Source: Phoronis australis (lineage: Eukaryota > Animalia > Phoronida). From it: DNA of 64,000 bases. The position numbers and the translations under genes were made by a program. Within the stretch, counting starts at the first letter, position 1, and each line of letters begins with the position of its first letter. A model generated the notes under the pieces. That model did no database searches. It saw only the letters and a list, made by a program, of their open reading frames with translations, and was not told the origin of the DNA. The stretch is taken from the NCBI GenBank assembly GCA_002633005.1, contig NMRA01000083.1, positions 1,007,725 through 1,071,724 on the forward strand. Direction: 5' to 3'. Shown here in pieces: positions 62,498 to 64,000 of this stretch.

Positions 62498-64000
62498 GTA
62501 AGTTGCCGTGATTTAATACTTTTTATACATAAATAAGTAAATGTTGAACTGGCATAGAAATATAGATCACAAACATTTTAAGTCTGGTCTGCACGCATCC
62601 TGTTGACCACATCACATGACCTAATGAACATAAGTGTGAAAAGATTGCTGCCCCTGGCTGGGACTCGAACCCAGGACCTTCTGCTAACTGTCCATGTCCA
62701 TGAAAGGAACATCCCTGCTAATCATCCTCTGGTGAAGGTTGCCATACTGTTGGTATTTAGTGTCTCTGCTCCGTCTCCACCCAGGGGTACTTTTTGCAAG
62801 CTGCAGGCACTGTTCAGTAGTGACTCAAGGCCACGAAGGTGGTGTTATTGGAGCGTGTGAACCATAGACATCTCAATGCTATAGACCGGGCGCATGCACT
62901 ACTGCAGCTGACAACTTGACGCCACATTGGAGAGAGTTTCTAGTAACGTGACACGGATAATTGCTGTGTAAGCAAACTGGTCAAAGCGAGATATTTAACA
63001 TATAAAGAGGCAGAAGTGTGTGATTTTTTCCAGAAACATAAAAACACGTGATACAACACTTACATGGGTTTTTAAGAGTCAATCAGTCGATAGGGAAAAT
63101 ATCAATAATAGAAAATCACAATGAGTGGCAGATTCTCGAGTGGCCTGAGCGGCTGCACGCTTGTCAATCTACTGCGAGCGTTTTTTTTTTTTCGTTTTTT
63201 CAAGAGAAACCAGTAATATCGCGCAAATTTATAATTTAATTTGTCGCTAAATGCAAATACATTATGTCCAGGACATGTGCCGCTCACCCGGGACGTACTT
63301 TCGTGGTGCCCCAATAAGCCTTTTCAGTATTGAAAAATGACCCCGGGTAACTTTGTAAAATTAAAGTATTACCCGGGCCGCTTTTAATGGGATTTAAATT
63401 TAATGTGAACAGCTGTGAAAAATGGCCTTATTGGGGGTCATAAAAATAAATGACAGGTTTTTAAAGTTCATTAGGGCGCTCTCCCGTTCAGTGACTTTAC
63501 CAGACGCTGTACACTGAACGGTTGTGAGCATGTGATAACATCCAGCTACTTTGTTAACTACTGAGCACAAGCTTATTACTGATGACATGTGAACACAGTC
63601 AAACCCAGTGCGTTGGTACGTTCGGACAGAATAGATTGTCTTATCTTCGATCATTGTAGTTGAGCGATTTTGGTGATTCAAAAACATAAGCACGATCTGT
63701 ATTTGATTGGGAATTCAGAAATGTCATTGGTTTATGTTTAAGCATCTTATAACTTAACTTATTTTTAACAGCACAGCTCAGTGAGGCTACGATCTTATCG
63801 GAGATTAGAGAAATTATTGAACAAAAGAGAGCTGACCCTGCAACCGTAATTGCCAGAATGGACTTAATCAGTGGTCAGTGTAAGGTATTGGCTACAGTGG
63901 TCATCTGCCCAACTTTTGCTGTATCAACCCAACATTTGGCAGTTCGGGGGTGTGAATTTCTGACGGGCAAAATCCTGGCTAATGCTCTGCCCTTCCCCCC

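Noticed and set aside
62640-62700. tRNA gene on minus (ggttcgagtcc B box)
   Set aside because: Isolated B box without a cloverleaf; probably a degenerate SINE fragment (a similar one is at ~26575-26610).

Overview
Eukaryotic, AT-rich, intron-rich animal DNA (invertebrate-like by inference; the species cannot be determined from the sequence). I reconstructed four spliced genes by hand using splice sites and intron phase: MARCHF6/TEB4 ERAD E3 ligase (minus, 23 exons, ~918 aa), WDR88-like WD40 protein (plus, 9 exons, ~404 aa, head-to-head with MARCHF6), NGDN/neuroguidin (minus, tail-to-tail with WDR88, first exon not located) and EMC4/TMEM85 (plus, last exon beyond the window). Introns and the NGDN-EMC4 spacer are full of non-autonomous mobile elements. 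The most notable is a structurally complete 539-bp mini LTR retrotransposon (TRIM) at 54181-54719. It has a tRNA-Ser primer-binding site and a polypurine tract, its 152-bp LTRs contain a tRNA-like Pol III A/B-box promoter, and two more LTR remnants lie nearby. Other points: MITEs with 4-, 5- and 6-bp target duplications; tandem arrays derived from an exon end plus splice donor and from a MITE terminus; overlapping convergent 3' UTRs; candidate alternative first exons of WDR88; and a 1.85-kb two-exon duplication in MARCHF6 that is probably an assembly artefact (single N at the junction). Most ORF-track entries are exon read-throughs or noise.
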